A stretch of DNA of 64,000 nucleotides from Sphagnum compactum (lineage: Eukaryota). Positions within the stretch are counted from its first letter, which is position 1, and every line of letters starts with the position of its first letter. The notes under the pieces were generated by a model. That model was not told where the DNA came from, made no database searches, and worked only from the letters and a program-made list of their open reading frames with translations. Position numbers and translations under genes: made by a program. Where the stretch lies: contig OZ234493.1 in the NCBI GenBank assembly GCA_965153455.1, positions 30,122,213-30,186,212 on the forward strand, in the 5' to 3' direction. Below are positions 12,090 to 25,000 of the stretch, in pieces.

Positions 12090-15000
12090 ATGGATGCTTT
12101 GTGGAATTTCGGAAGTTTGAGGAGGAGTTCCGCGACCCTGGCAGCAGCTGAACAACCTCCTCCTCCTCCTGCTCATCCTGAGTTTGCAGAAAATGCAGTT
12201 ACTACTACTGCTCCCCAGGTTGAGGATCAAGTCTCCGGCAGCCAGGTTCCTGAGTCCATGGAAGGAGTGAATGGTGAGTTGGACGGAAGAGAACCAACAG
12301 AGGATCAGGTGCAGTTGGCTGAGGAAGAGGAGGAAAGGCTTACGCCTATCCGAGCACCGGTTTCCCGTGATGACGACGACGACGACGACGACGACGACGA
12401 GGATGATGATGAAGAAGAAGTAGGGGATGGCGATGTCAGCTTCGGCAGTGGCGAAAGTTTTGATAGTGCTCTAGAGCGAATGGCAGCGTCGTCTACTGGC
12501 AGCTTCGACGCTAGCCCTGCTGGTTCGTTTGTGGGTGCTGCTTCACATCTTGACAACCAGCAGCAGCAGCAGCGGAAAAAGGGTTTGGGAGTGGGACAAC
12601 AGGGCGCTCTGATGCGCCTCAATCAGATGATGAGTGGAGAGTCCACACTTGATACTGCTGTGCTTGAAGATTGCACAGAAGAGGAATTCAAGGATAAGAT
12701 TCAGGAGATTGCAAGGAGTCGGGAGTTGTCGCCTACTGATGCTAGTATTTCCAGCATTCTGGAGGCCCTTCTCCCACTGGTGCGTGCTGGAGGCGGCGCC
12801 CAGGGAACAGCATCGCAAGAGATGGAGAGCAAGGTGGGTGATAATGAAGAAGAAGAAGAGATGACTGGGAATAACGAGGATGAGCTGTTGAGCAAGAACA
12901 ACAGAGCTGTGGAGGGTGAAGGAGGAATTGTCCAGGCCGAGCAGGATCAGGATGTGGCTGATGATGAAGAAGGGATTGTCAACCAGGAAGATGATGAAGC
13001 CAAGGAGGATTTGGATATCTCAGCCAGTGTTATGCCTGTTGCAAAGCTGTCAGCAGACGATGATGAGCTTATTGAAGCAGAGGATGGTATGACATTTTAC
13101 AGCTTCAGTAGCTTTTGCAGCAGGCATCTTGATCATGTTACAAATCCTCAGTTTGTTGTGTTTGAAATCTTCTGGAACCCCAAATCAGATCCTGCTGTTT
13201 GCAAATATTAGGGTTTGATTTGTTGTGATTGATCACATGTCTGTGGGAACTGCAGAAGATATTTGATGTACAAATCCTCAGTTGTTGTGTTTGAAATCTT
13301 CTGGAACCCCAAATTGCATGCTGCTGCTGTTTGCGAATATTAGGGTTTAACTCGTTGCAATTGATCACATGTCTCTGTGGGAAACTGAAGAAGCTATTTG
13401 TTTGTGTAACCCTGGAAGATTGAATGGGTCCTGGAGAAGTTGCAGTCACATTTGTGGGATATGAAGAAACTTGTACTTGGAACTGTAAGAAGAACTGTAC
13501 TAATCAATCAGCAGGGGTTCTTTGTTCTTTCAATCAAGAGCTGCGTACATGAGGGCACTCAGTTCTATTACTTGGTTAGGTCACGGTTTCCATACTTAAT
13601 ACCATTGCAGTGTTAAAAGTTCCAGAGTTGCTGAATCCTTCACACTGTTGGGGGCAAATTTAAGAGGTGCAAATTTGGTGCAGCTGATGGATTTGTAGCC
13701 TTATTAACGGCTTCTTCTTTGTTGTCAAGCACATGGGTTTTCTGTAAAGGAGGAGGAGGAGCCCTGAAATCTATGTTAGGGTTTGGAACCTTTTGCAGTT
13801 GTGGATAGTGAGAGCTACAATCATCATAAGTGAGTATTCCCATTTCTTCTGTAGATTCTACAGAAGCTTGGGACCCAGACTTCTATATAGTGATTTGCCT
13901 GAAATTTTGAGTAGATTTATTACCTACACGCTGTCAGGAGTAATGGCAGGTAGTCACTGCCATTCATGATGAAGGTGATGGTTTGATGACATAACATGAG
14001 TGCCAGTCACAAGGTTATGATTGTTGTTTTTTGAGAACTGACATAATGATTGTCTTCAAAGTGCTTTTGTGCAGTTTCCTCTGCAATCTCATAGATATGC
14101 AGATAATGGGTGCTCTAGTTTTGCAATCATATGTCTCATGGGTTTTCTGGGCCAGATGAATTTTTGGAGTTCCTGTAATTACCCGTCACCGGATTTGCAG
14201 ACAAAAGCCACCTGAGATCTAATTTTTGACAACGTGTGTGGACTAGTAGAAGGAGACATGTGTCAAGTGTCATGTGGAGACACCACTCCCAATGCCCATT
14301 GATCCAGGGAAACCACATTGCTCACATCTGCAGTGTTCTCAGGGTTTACATTTTCTATCGAATAGCTTTAATTTCTCCAATACCTTTTTCTAGGTGAAGG
14401 AGAGATTCTCTCCTTAGTTTTTTCTCCTGCAAATCACAGGGACTTTCACTGTTGCAGCATGTTTTTCACCCATTCATCTGAATCTCTAAGTTCTGGGTGT
14501 GGACTGAAAATTTTCAGCACTACTTCAGAGTATACTTGTCTTGTTTCATGATCTACAATTGGATGATGTGTAAAGAACGAAGTCCCATGAAATTGTGCTA
14601 ATCTACTATATGAGCAGTTGATGTATGGACTTTACATTATGCTACTAAACACTTACAAGGAGATCAATGTTTTGCATGCAGAGTTGAACCAGGGTGAGCA
14701 ATCCAATGATGATGAGTTTGAAGAGGCATATGAGAAAGGAGATGAAGAGGACGATGAAGCAACTTTGGGCTACACCAGTAAGGAAAATGTCAAAGAAACT
14801 TTACCAAGGATCATTGCTCGAGAATCAAAGGATGATGACACTGAGGAAGTACTGACTGCCAACCCAGCCAATAGTGAGGACAAACAAGTGCAGTTTCATG
14901 CAGATGCAGCTTTGCCTGAAGAATTGGGTTCCATCTCCATTGGAAATAAAGAGCCCATACTGCAAGAGGTCACCCAGGAGATAAAAGGAGATGGAGGAGA

Positions 15001-18000
15001 TATTGAGGATAAAACAGAGGTCCCTTCAATCTCTCAGGAAGAGAGAGCAGAGCACAAGGGAACTGATTTGAATTTGGATGCGGTTGCTGATAAAGATGGC
15101 ACTGGTGAGTTATCCATGGAGGAAACTTCACCTTTGGTTTTGTCTGAACCAGGGTTCGCACATCCAAAGGGAGATCGGGATGTGGCTGCAGCGCCTGAAG
15201 AATCCAGCAACAGTGAAGCAATAGAGTTGGAGGAGGAGGCAATTGAACCTTCACCTGCCCTGGAAGACAAGTCTGTGAGTGGGCTCGGAGAAGAAGATGT
15301 CACTCCAACAATACCTGAAGTTTTATCAGAAGAGGCTGATGGATTGCAGGCTGTAGACAACAGACCAGCAAGCGAATCTGCCATCATTTCAGAGGAACCC
15401 AGGAGAGAAGTCAAGATTGACAATGAATCTTCACTATCAGGTGTTCCCCAACAGGTCAGCAGCAACGCAGTTGCAGACTTTGAGAGTGGAGAGACCAATG
15501 CTCCAGTTGACGTGGTGAGTGATGAAGATGTATCTGAGAGGCAAACCCTAGATTTTCCTGTTGCCACCACTGAAGATTTCATCAAGGAGGAGGACAGAGA
15601 CAGCAAAGCAACAGAAGCACCTGTTACTGCTGAGAGTGACACTACTGTAGAGGCCGCTGATGTTGATGTTTCACTTCCAGACACAGTCAAATCAGTGGAA
15701 CCTGTAACTGAGACCAGGGAGCATGCAGAAACGGAGGCAGAGGCTGAGAGTGAACTTGCCACTCAGAGGGAGTCTCAAGCTGGAAATGGCAACTGGGATG
15801 GGGAGGATGATGACGAAGAGGAAGAAAATGATGATGAAGATGATGATGATGATGAGGAGGAGGAGGAGGAGGATGGTACTGGTAACCTAGATGCTGCCAA
15901 AGCCTTGGCTGCATTAGTCAAGTCAGCCAGTAGCAGAACTGGTAAATTCTTCAATGCAACATTCTCTAGGTCAAGATATATTGGAGTAGTTTCAAGTAGG
16001 ATTCCATGGTTTTCCTTGGTCTTAAGGCTTGCATTTGGTTTTAGGGGCTGCAATGGACTTTGTGTTTACCAGTAAGTCAGAAGACAAACTGAGATGACTT
16101 TCCTGGAGTTTTGAACAATAATGTACAGGGATCATCAAGTGGATAGGAAGGCAATCTAATGCAATATCTTGCCTTTTGCAACATTTTGCAGATTCTGCAG
16201 GCAGGAATGCTAACCCCCCATCATTAGGTGCTGCGGGGCCTTCTCTTCCACAACGACCCACGGGACGTACCCGATCTGCCACTGCATTGGAACCAGCTAG
16301 CAGGAATCCACCACGTAGTAATGTGGCTACTGCTTCGCAACTTGCTGCTCCAGCAGAGGACAATTCCTCAAATGGGGATGGAAATGATGGGAATGATGAA
16401 ACTCGTGAGAAACTCCAGAATATAAGAGTCAAGTTCTTACGGCTTGCACACCGCCTTGGCCAATCTCCTCAGAATGTTGTTGTTGCACAAGTACTGTATC
16501 GCCTGGGGTTGGCAGAGCAGCTAAGAGGGGGTGGATCAGCAAGCCGAACAGGTGCCTTCAGCTTTGATCGTGCAAATGCTATTGCGGAGGAGCAGGAAGC
16601 TTCTGGGCAAGAGGAGGAGCTGGACTTTGCCTGCACTGTTTTGCTTCTTGGGAAAACAGGAGTTGGAAAATCAGCCACCATCAACTCAATTTTTGATGAG
16701 CCTCGCACAAGCACTAATGCTTTCCACCCATCAACAAAAAAGGTGCAGGAGATTGTTGGCAATGTTCACGGCATCAAAGTACAACTCTACCCCTATCTGG
16801 ATGTCTTTCATTTGATTATCCCATTGTCAGAAGCAAGCCTCATATTGTGGATGTTTGTATGCATGGTCAAACTACAGATGTTTTCAATTTGACAACCATG
16901 TGAACTACTGATGTTTCAACTCTGAAAAATGTTGCCAAGTCCCATCCTATATTTAGGGATGCCCTTTGGAAGTGTGCACATTATCTTGCTGCATAGGCCT
17001 TACGGAGCCTTTGATACCATCCTCAGTTCTTTTTGTGCTCTAGTCTTGTAGCTTGTCAAAACCATTTCAAGTTGTGAAGCCACAATGCTGTTGCAAGTAA
17101 CACCTTGTGACAGTACATGTTAAGTGCAATTGCTAAATTTTCATGTTAAATCTGATGACAGGTCAGGGTGATAGATACTCCAGGGCTGCTACCTTCTGTC
17201 TTGGACCAGCAGCACAATGAGCGGATCATGGGTTCAGTGAAACAGTTTATCCGAAAGTTGTCTCCAGACATTGTTCTCTACTTTGACCGACTTGACATGC
17301 AAAGCCGGGACTATGGAGACCTGCCTCTTTTGCGCACCATCACAGACCTGTTTGGGGCTGCTGTTTGGTTCAATGCTATCGTTGTTTTAACCCATGCTTC
17401 ATCTGCCCCTCCTGATGGGCCCAATGGTGTTCCACTCAGTTATGAGATGTTTGTAGCCCAAAGATCCCATGTAGTACAGCAAACAATTAGACAAGCAGCT
17501 GGAGATATGAGGCTCATGAACCCCGTCTCCCTAGTGGAGAATCACCCTGCCTGCAGGACTAATCGAGCAGGACAGAGGGTTTTGCCCAATGGCCAAATTT
17601 GGAAGCCTCAGCTGTTACTGCTTTGCTTTGCATCAAAAATCCTGGCTGAGGCTAATTCACTGTTGAAGCTTCAGGATACTGGCACTCCTGGAAGACCCTT
17701 TGGGCAACGTCAACGAGTGCCCCCCCTCCCCTTCCTATTGTCATCCCTTCTGCAGTCCCGTGCACAGCTGAAAGTGCCAGATGAACAAATGGGAGATGAG
17801 GATGATACAGATGAAGATGATGATGATGAAGACTCAGACGGTGATGATTATGATGAGCTTCCTCCTTTCAGGTAGGGCTCATTACACTTACACAAGCAGC
17901 TCTTCAATGTAGTAGCTCCAGTAGGCATTGTGCTGTAATAGATATACCTTATGGTGGGATTTTTTTGTGTACATCAGACCTCTTTCAAAGGAAGAGTTGG

Positions 18001-19129
18001 AGGAGCTAAGTAAAGAGCAAAAACAACAGTATGCAGAGGAGCTGGCCGACCGTGAGAGACTGTTCCAGAAGAAACAGTGGCGTGAAGAACTTCGACGGCG
18101 CAAGGAGATGAAGCAACGTGCTGCAGCCATGTCCAAAGAGGAGCTGGCTGAGGGGGTGGATGAAGATGGTGGAAGGGCTGCAGCTGTCCCGGTTCCAATG
18201 CCCGACATGGCTCTTCCTCCCTCTTTTGACTCTGACAACCCTACTCACAGGTTCTTTTCAACAAGATGGCTCAATTTCATTATGGTGGTTCGATTAAGTG
18301 TCACTGGTTTGAATAGAAGTTGAATAGTAGATTGATCTAGCCCTTACGATTCTTCCATGGCTACTACAGGTACCGTTATTTGGAGACTGCCAATCAATGG
18401 CTGGTACGTCCAGTGCTGGAAACACATGGATGGGACCATGATGCAGGTTATGACGGGTTCAATGTAGAGAAACTCTTTGTGGTTGCAGACAAAATTCCTG
18501 CATCCATTTCAGGTCAGGTTACAAAGGACAAGAAGGAAGGGCAAGTGAACTTTGAAGCTGCAGCTTCATTTAAGCACGGAGAAGGCAAATCAACATTGGC
18601 AGGATTTGACATCCAGACTGTTGGGAAGGACCTTGGTTACACGTTGAGGTCAGAGACACAGTTCGATAACTTCAAAAGGAATAAGACAACTGCAGGGCTA
18701 ACGTTTACTCTCTTGGGTGACACCATAGCAGCAGGATTGAAGCTTGAAGACCGGCTTCTTGTTGGTAAACGGTTTAAGATGATTGTGAATGGTGGAGTTC
18801 TGACAGGGCGGGGGGACAAGGCCTTTGGGGGAAGCTTGGAGGCCACATTGAGGGGAAAAGAGTACCCATTGAGCCACACCCTTTCAACTCTGGGGCTTTC
18901 TGTCATGGATTGGCATGGCGATCTGGCAATTGGTGGGAATTTGCAGTCACAGTTTATGGTAGGGAAGACAATGATGGTGGCAAGGGCTAATTTGAACAAC
19001 CGGGGGGCAGGCCAGATTAGCATTCGGGCAAGTAGCTCTGAGCAGCTCCAAATGGTTTTGATTGGGATTATTCCAATTTTGCGGTCCCTTATCAACTCCC
19101 AGTTTGGTACTGCTCAACCTTCACAATAG
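12090..19129 (+). CDS. TOC159: Translocase of chloroplast 159-family preprotein receptor GTPase (Toc132/Toc120-like G and M domains). Exons 12090-13086, 14682-15941, 16192-16778, 17162-17871, 17978-18250, 18370-19129; 4587 nt = 1528 aa + stop
   Basis: Acidic N-terminal A-domain; DETREKLQNIRVKFLRLAHRLGQSP; P-loop GKTGVGKS; VIDTPGL; PDIVLYFDRLD; IVVLTHA; NPVSLVENHPACRTNR; M-domain VPMPDMALPPSFDSDNPTHRYRYLE, GWDHDAGYDG, SSSEQLQ. All five introns are GT-AG and phase-consistent, and the total length is a multiple of 3. The symbol denotes the family; exact orthology is not determined. Confidence 0.95.
13139..13397 (+). repeat. Tandem duplication of ~130 bp (2 diverged copies) in intron 1 of the Toc159-family gene
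   Basis: tacaaatcctcagtt(t)gttgtgtttgaaatcttctggaaccccaaat...atattagggttt...ttgatcacatgtct..gtggga occurs at ~13140 and ~13269. Confidence 0.85.
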
Positions 19130-21189
19130 GGAAAATTTGCCTTCTCGAATTTCTTGTTGCTGCTTGAACCATGGCACTCTATCCTCCATGGGGCGTGAGA
19201 CAATGATGGAGCAATTTTCATAGCACCTGTAGGCAATACAGGGGAGAGAGAACTAATACTCTTACAGTTATTGAGAGTAGGTTTGAAGGTAGCTGTTTTG
19301 TGTTCAGATCCAGTTTTTTTTTGCTTCAAAAGAGTGACCCACGTGACATTTGTGTTCTGTGACAGCAAACATTTTGGCTCAAGTCTGAGGTTTGATCTAC
19401 CTCCTACCCCTTTGTGGATTTCTTTGATTTCTGATAGTATGAGTTGCTCTTTGGGATGGAGTGTAGTTTGATGGGGGGGGGGGAGACAAGATGCCTTTCT
19501 TTCTTCTGAAATATGTTTTCTATTGTTGATTTGCCTCTGGTGAGTTTGGTTGGGAGAGGTCAAGAGACCACAAATCACCGAACATGTGACAGAATACTGT
19601 GTGCAAGGTATTAAGTATTTGCTTTGTCTCTCCGTTTTCTCTGTATACTGTTCTGCTAACACAGTCATAGAAGTTAATTGCCTCGCAAGGTTAGGAAATA
19701 TGAGGGAAATCCATTTATGTTAGTTTTTTTTCTTGAGGTCACCTTATGAAAGGTAAGTCTATATTTGGTTGAATACTAATTATTTATTATTCTTGTTCTC
19801 TCCTGTGCACAACCTAGTTGGTTTAAAAACTTAAAAGCATTGAGCCCTCTCTATTATTCAACTTGTAACAGCAGAAGTAGAATACTTGAAACTGGACTGC
19901 ACAATCATCTAGTAAGCGAAACAGCAATGCTGGCAGCAAATTCATTTCCACCTATATTGTTCAATCTTTCATTCACCCATTAGCCCATTTGCTAACATGG
20001 ACTCTGGTTGATGAACCACGCATTCAGAACATGTGATGTGACTTGTTCTGGCCTCGTGGTACAGAGCTTGACAGCACAAGGGTGGCACAGTATTCAGTAC
20101 AAAGTGCAAGGAGTTTTGACTGCATTTGCTACTGCTTGAGATCACCTTCACCCACTGTAGTAAGCTGGCTTGTACACACTATTGTGAACTATATTAAGTT
20201 AATGAAGCTAGTGTGGTTGAGAGTTTCCTTCAGATTTTCAGCATGGTAGGTAGGCATTTTTCAGAATTTTTCGCATATGTAAAAAACAGTTAATTAGTGC
20301 CTAATGAGCCTAGGTAGTATGGGACCTGGATGCCAATTTTTTGAGAACTAGGTGGTGCCTAAATTCTCTATTGCACTACTTGGCTTTTTTCTCCTTCACA
20401 TTGATTTGGGTTTGGGAATTGTAAATATGATGTCTTGTATGAGGTAGATGTAGTTAGAGATGAAGAAAAGGATTCTTTACATGGGAATCACAAAAGAGCA
20501 CTATAAAGGCAAAGCTTAACAAGAGACTTCTAAAGGACCAAAAAAAAGGACCCAAAAAATGAAAAAAAAACCAAGAGTTAAACATGTGGGTTTCTCAAAT
20601 GGAATCAACTAAATCCATTGTCAAAGCAAAGATGAAGAGAGTAAATAACCTTGAGTGGAAATTGATAACATTAGAAAAAAAAACTAAAGGATGAACAATG
20701 AGGCAATGAAGAGAGTAGATAACCTTGAGTTGAAATTAATATTAAAAAAAAAACTAAAGGATGAACAGCAAAGCCATGAAGGCATGTTAACACCGAGGGA
20801 GAACAAATTACAAAAATTGGTAAAAACCCAAAAGACTCTTGCTTTAGGCCAATCCACCATTCCAAGCAAAATATCCAACAATTGACAAAGAAGTCTCTAT
20901 CCTCTAATATGGTGGAACATGATCTCTCCCCTATTTTTGCAAAAAGAAAAGTAGTAAAAGAATGTTATGTAAGAGATCTTATTCTTTAGAGGTATAGAGT
21001 GCAATGAACCTATCCAAAAACAGTTGCAAATATTTATTTCCAAAATTTCATAAATATATATTTTTTTTTACTGTCAAAGTGGATTTTGAAAAATAAAATA
21101 ATTATTCAGCACCCCATGAGTACCAAACCTGAAAAGGCACTAGAGTAATTAACATTGTAATTAACATTGTAGAATGTTGGATGTGGTAA

Positions 21190-22072
21190 ACACTACTTGT
21201 AGAGGCCTCAAATAGAGGGATGCTTGTGGAGATGTTATGATGCTAGTAGCTCTTACTAAGATGGGAATCAGTTCCAAGGACCTGCCATGGCTTAGCTGTG
21301 TGTGTACATCTCACTGCCATGAACAAAAAGGACCTGTAAGGACAGCAAAGTGACAAGCTCATCAGAGGCTGTGATGCCAAATAATACAATGTGAAGCGCG
21401 ATGATCTCCACATTAGAAAGCCATGGGACCTTACTGGAGCCAGAATATAATTGAATCATGACACACATTCCCAACAAAAGAGTGCATGTAAGACACATCA
21501 AGGACAGATACAGTTCATACTTTTCAGGAATAGTATGAGGTTGCATATAAAATACTTATATGCTTGGGCTTCACGATGCTGAGCACTACCAGTGAGAATC
21601 GCCCACATAGAAAGGAAGGCAAGAGCAAGGTCGACAACAAGATACAAACAGACAAAAAAAACCCAAAAAACAAAAAGAACGATTTCGAAATGAGATTTTG
21701 TCTGTGATGAATTATAATCCAGAATGACTCTGAAATTGTCACAGTGTACAATCACCAAAATACTCATCTCTCACCTAAACTAGTTCCAATTGAAACATCG
21801 TCACTAGAATTAGTTTCAAGGGACAAACTGCCGACAGAGGAAAGTGTACTTTTGTTAGGCCTTACAAGTGGGATCCTGGAAAGCACTTTGAAAATGCATA
21901 CAAAAATTGTAAGTTGTTGCCAATGGCCATTGCTATTTTTGGTTTGGAGTGTCATGACATTGAAGGAGTTCTTTCCACGTTTGGTACATGTACCTGGCTT
22001 TGCTCATTTTCTCTGGCCAGTCATTTTGGGCAAACCACTCCTTTGAGAGTGATAACAAGTATCCTAAACTTG
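21190..22072 (-). pseudogene. Probable fragment of a degenerate intron-containing gene of unknown identity (exon-like blocks 22072-21994, 21875-21775, 21585-21521)
   Basis: Phase-compatible AG/GT junctions join SLGYLLSLSKEWFAQNDWPEKMSKAR|IPLVRPNKSTLSSVGSLSLETNSSDDVSIGTSL|VLSIVKPKHISILYATSYYS*. The composition is genic and sits amid AT-rich relics. No family was recognised. Confidence 0.35.
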
Positions 22073-25000
22073 CTACAAAGTGTAAATCACATCCATCATC
22101 CAACTAATATGCAAAAGCAACATGAGCATTGAGTAGGTTGAAGTTTACATCTGAAAGGATTTCATGTTAGCCTAGATAGTTGTGAATGCCTTTCTGGGAA
22201 GTCTACAGGCTTACAAAAATCTACCTACGAGAACTTTTTTTGTTGAAAAAAGCTACATGAGAGAGAAATTTTGGTGGTGGACCCTTGATATCATTGTGCA
22301 GCTTTCGTTCCGATTTTCTTGGTATTTTATTCACAGACCCATAGCTCACCAATTATGAGGTGATCATGGATAGGACTCAAGAGGGAATATGGGTGAAAAA
22401 AATGCATCAAGACCTTCAATACCTTGAATGGGTCTCGGCTAGTAGAGTACCTACCTTTTTACAGCTATACACCCTAAAGGTACAACTCAATAATGGTAAT
22501 AGAAAATATACCCCAACCTTGGACAAATTGAACATACAATTCACCCATCCTTATTATTTGGTTTTTCCTTGGGCTTTGAGATTTAATAGGTTACATTTAT
22601 TATTCGGATAATTGTGCAAAGCAAGAAGTAAATAGAGATGAGTATGTTAGACATTACTTAAAGTCTTCGAAAGTTGGTGTAAAAGGTCTTTTGAGTTGGG
22701 CACTTGAAAAAGCTACAAGTACACAAATGACTACAATGTGTGTCCCAACTTCCAATTGCCTTGTTGGCAAATTACAAATGTAGCATGATTATACAATCCA
22801 TATCTTTGCCTCATGGGTGATGGAGTTGCATGCTACAACTTTTTTGCAACTAACTAGGGCATAAAATTGTTGACCAAAACCCTTCACTTAACTCGTGAGC
22901 CGTTTTGAAATTGTCATAGAACTACTTAATTTTGGAGGTAGCAACCATGTTTCAAGAAAATGTTCATATTTCTATTCTAATATTGCAAACCATATGGCAT
23001 CTTAAATTGTTTAAGATATGTAGTTGCAAGATAATCCAATATTCACAAATAGAATTTTCTTGCAATCATTTGGTTTGGAGGTGTGCTTAAAGAATTGGCA
23101 TTGAAATGGAATAATCAATTTATGTCTTCATATTACAAAGCAATGATCGATGAACTCTTACCACAAAGAATTATAAAAATGCCTTTGCACAACATATGAT
23201 GTCATTGTCGAGGGCTAATGTGATTTACATAACAATGTTTCACCTGTGAGTGAATGGAGGTGCATTTAATAAATTTTGCTTCTATTGATCAAATTTATTT
23301 TCAACAATTAGGAATTAGAACATGTGGCACTTTGATTGTTTTACACAAATGATACAATGTGTCTTACTTTTGCTAAACAATCTCATGAAATTGTTTGAAT
23401 AATTTCAGTGATGAGTAATTGGAATTAGTATATGGGGGATTTTTTTGGAATCTTTTGTATAGCCTTCTATTGACCATTTCAAAGACAATTTCAGAAATGA
23501 TTATTCTCATAAATAATGATGAATTATTAAAAATCATATGAAAACATAAGGAAAAAATAAAATAGTTGATTGTCACTAGTATTGTGCAATAATGCAAAGC
23601 TCAAATAAATTTGGTAGAGAAAAAAAAAGCTATGTGAATACCAAGAAAACCAAGCTTGGCACTTATCGAATACATGAAATTATAATTTTTGAGTGAATTG
23701 TTGAGTTTTATGATTTCGTATGTTGGGCTTATCTTTGGACATGTTATGTCTAATGCTTTTTCGTATGCAAGATCTAAAAGCTATGTCAAATAGGGAAAAC
23801 CAAGGTAGTCCAAACATGGATAGTAATGTGACCAAAAGAGAATGGCATGGAAAGCAAGGTGTGGACCAACACATATGTGCAATGTAACTTTAGCCTCACA
23901 AGTTGGTTACAACAATCAAAAACCCATATCACACTTGACATAACAACAGGAAATTGAGTTTTCACATCCATTGTTGTAAACCAAGCACTTAACTAACCAA
24001 ACCTTAAATTAATTATAACAAATTATGTTAACACATAACATAAGCATTACATTTCAAATCATCTTGCATAAAAAAACTTTGAGATGTCTTTTTATTTCAT
24101 ATCTTGCTCAAATAAAATGATGTTTAATTGAACCAAGAGAAAAGAGGTGCCTTTGATGGAGACTTTATTTATTTATTTATTTATATATTTGTGATGTGAT
24201 TTGTAAATTAAAAATTTCCAAAACCAAAAATTGGCAATCTTTACTTTGTTTATAACCAATATGAGTATGACCAACTATTGTGTATAATTGAATGAAAATA
24301 CGATTTGTTTTGTGGAAATTCAATTCTATTCATTATGCCACCATTGTAACTTATCATGGGTTCAAGCCTTGTAATGTGCATTTTCTTTGGTAGTTGATTC
24401 AAAGTATGGGCAAAAGGGCTTTGCACTCCCATGTGACCTCCATGACAGCTTTGTGGTCCCCCCCCCCCCCCCCAAAAGACCTTTGGAGGGTCCCCAAAAT
24501 AGAAGATTTTACTTTCATGAAAAAGATATGGAATGCCTTCCCTTTGGCCCAATTATGTAGGTGAAAAGAGGACAACTTTATGTAAAGCATATTGGATAAA
24601 AGTATGGTGTTATTGGGAACATTTTGGGGATTGTAAAACCCTCCCACATAAAACAACACAATTAAAAAAGCATGCTTGCATGACAAATATGGTTGAAATT
24701 TTGCTTATATTCTATCTTCTCACATATCTTGCACTTATGCCAAGAACAAGAAAACATGCGAAGTTATAATTCTTTTCATAACCATTTCTGAATTATGGGC
24801 TTTCTCAATGACATACAATTTGTTTTTATCACACTTTGCCACATTTGCATCACATACCCAATGTTGGTATAGATTTCAGTTAAATTGAATCCCAAGTTCA
24901 ACAAATTGATAAAACCAATTGCATTTGAATTTGCGGAGGCCAACAGACTCTAGAGATGAAAAGAAGGGTAAGGTGTAACCATTTCAACCACCTTTGCATA

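Noticed and set aside
15034-15762. 242-aa Ser-rich ORF and other - strand ORFs overlapping Toc exons (12305-12622, 18637-19095, 19114-19668)
   Set aside because: These are antisense shadows of acidic coding sequence or run into the 3'UTR, with no independent motifs.
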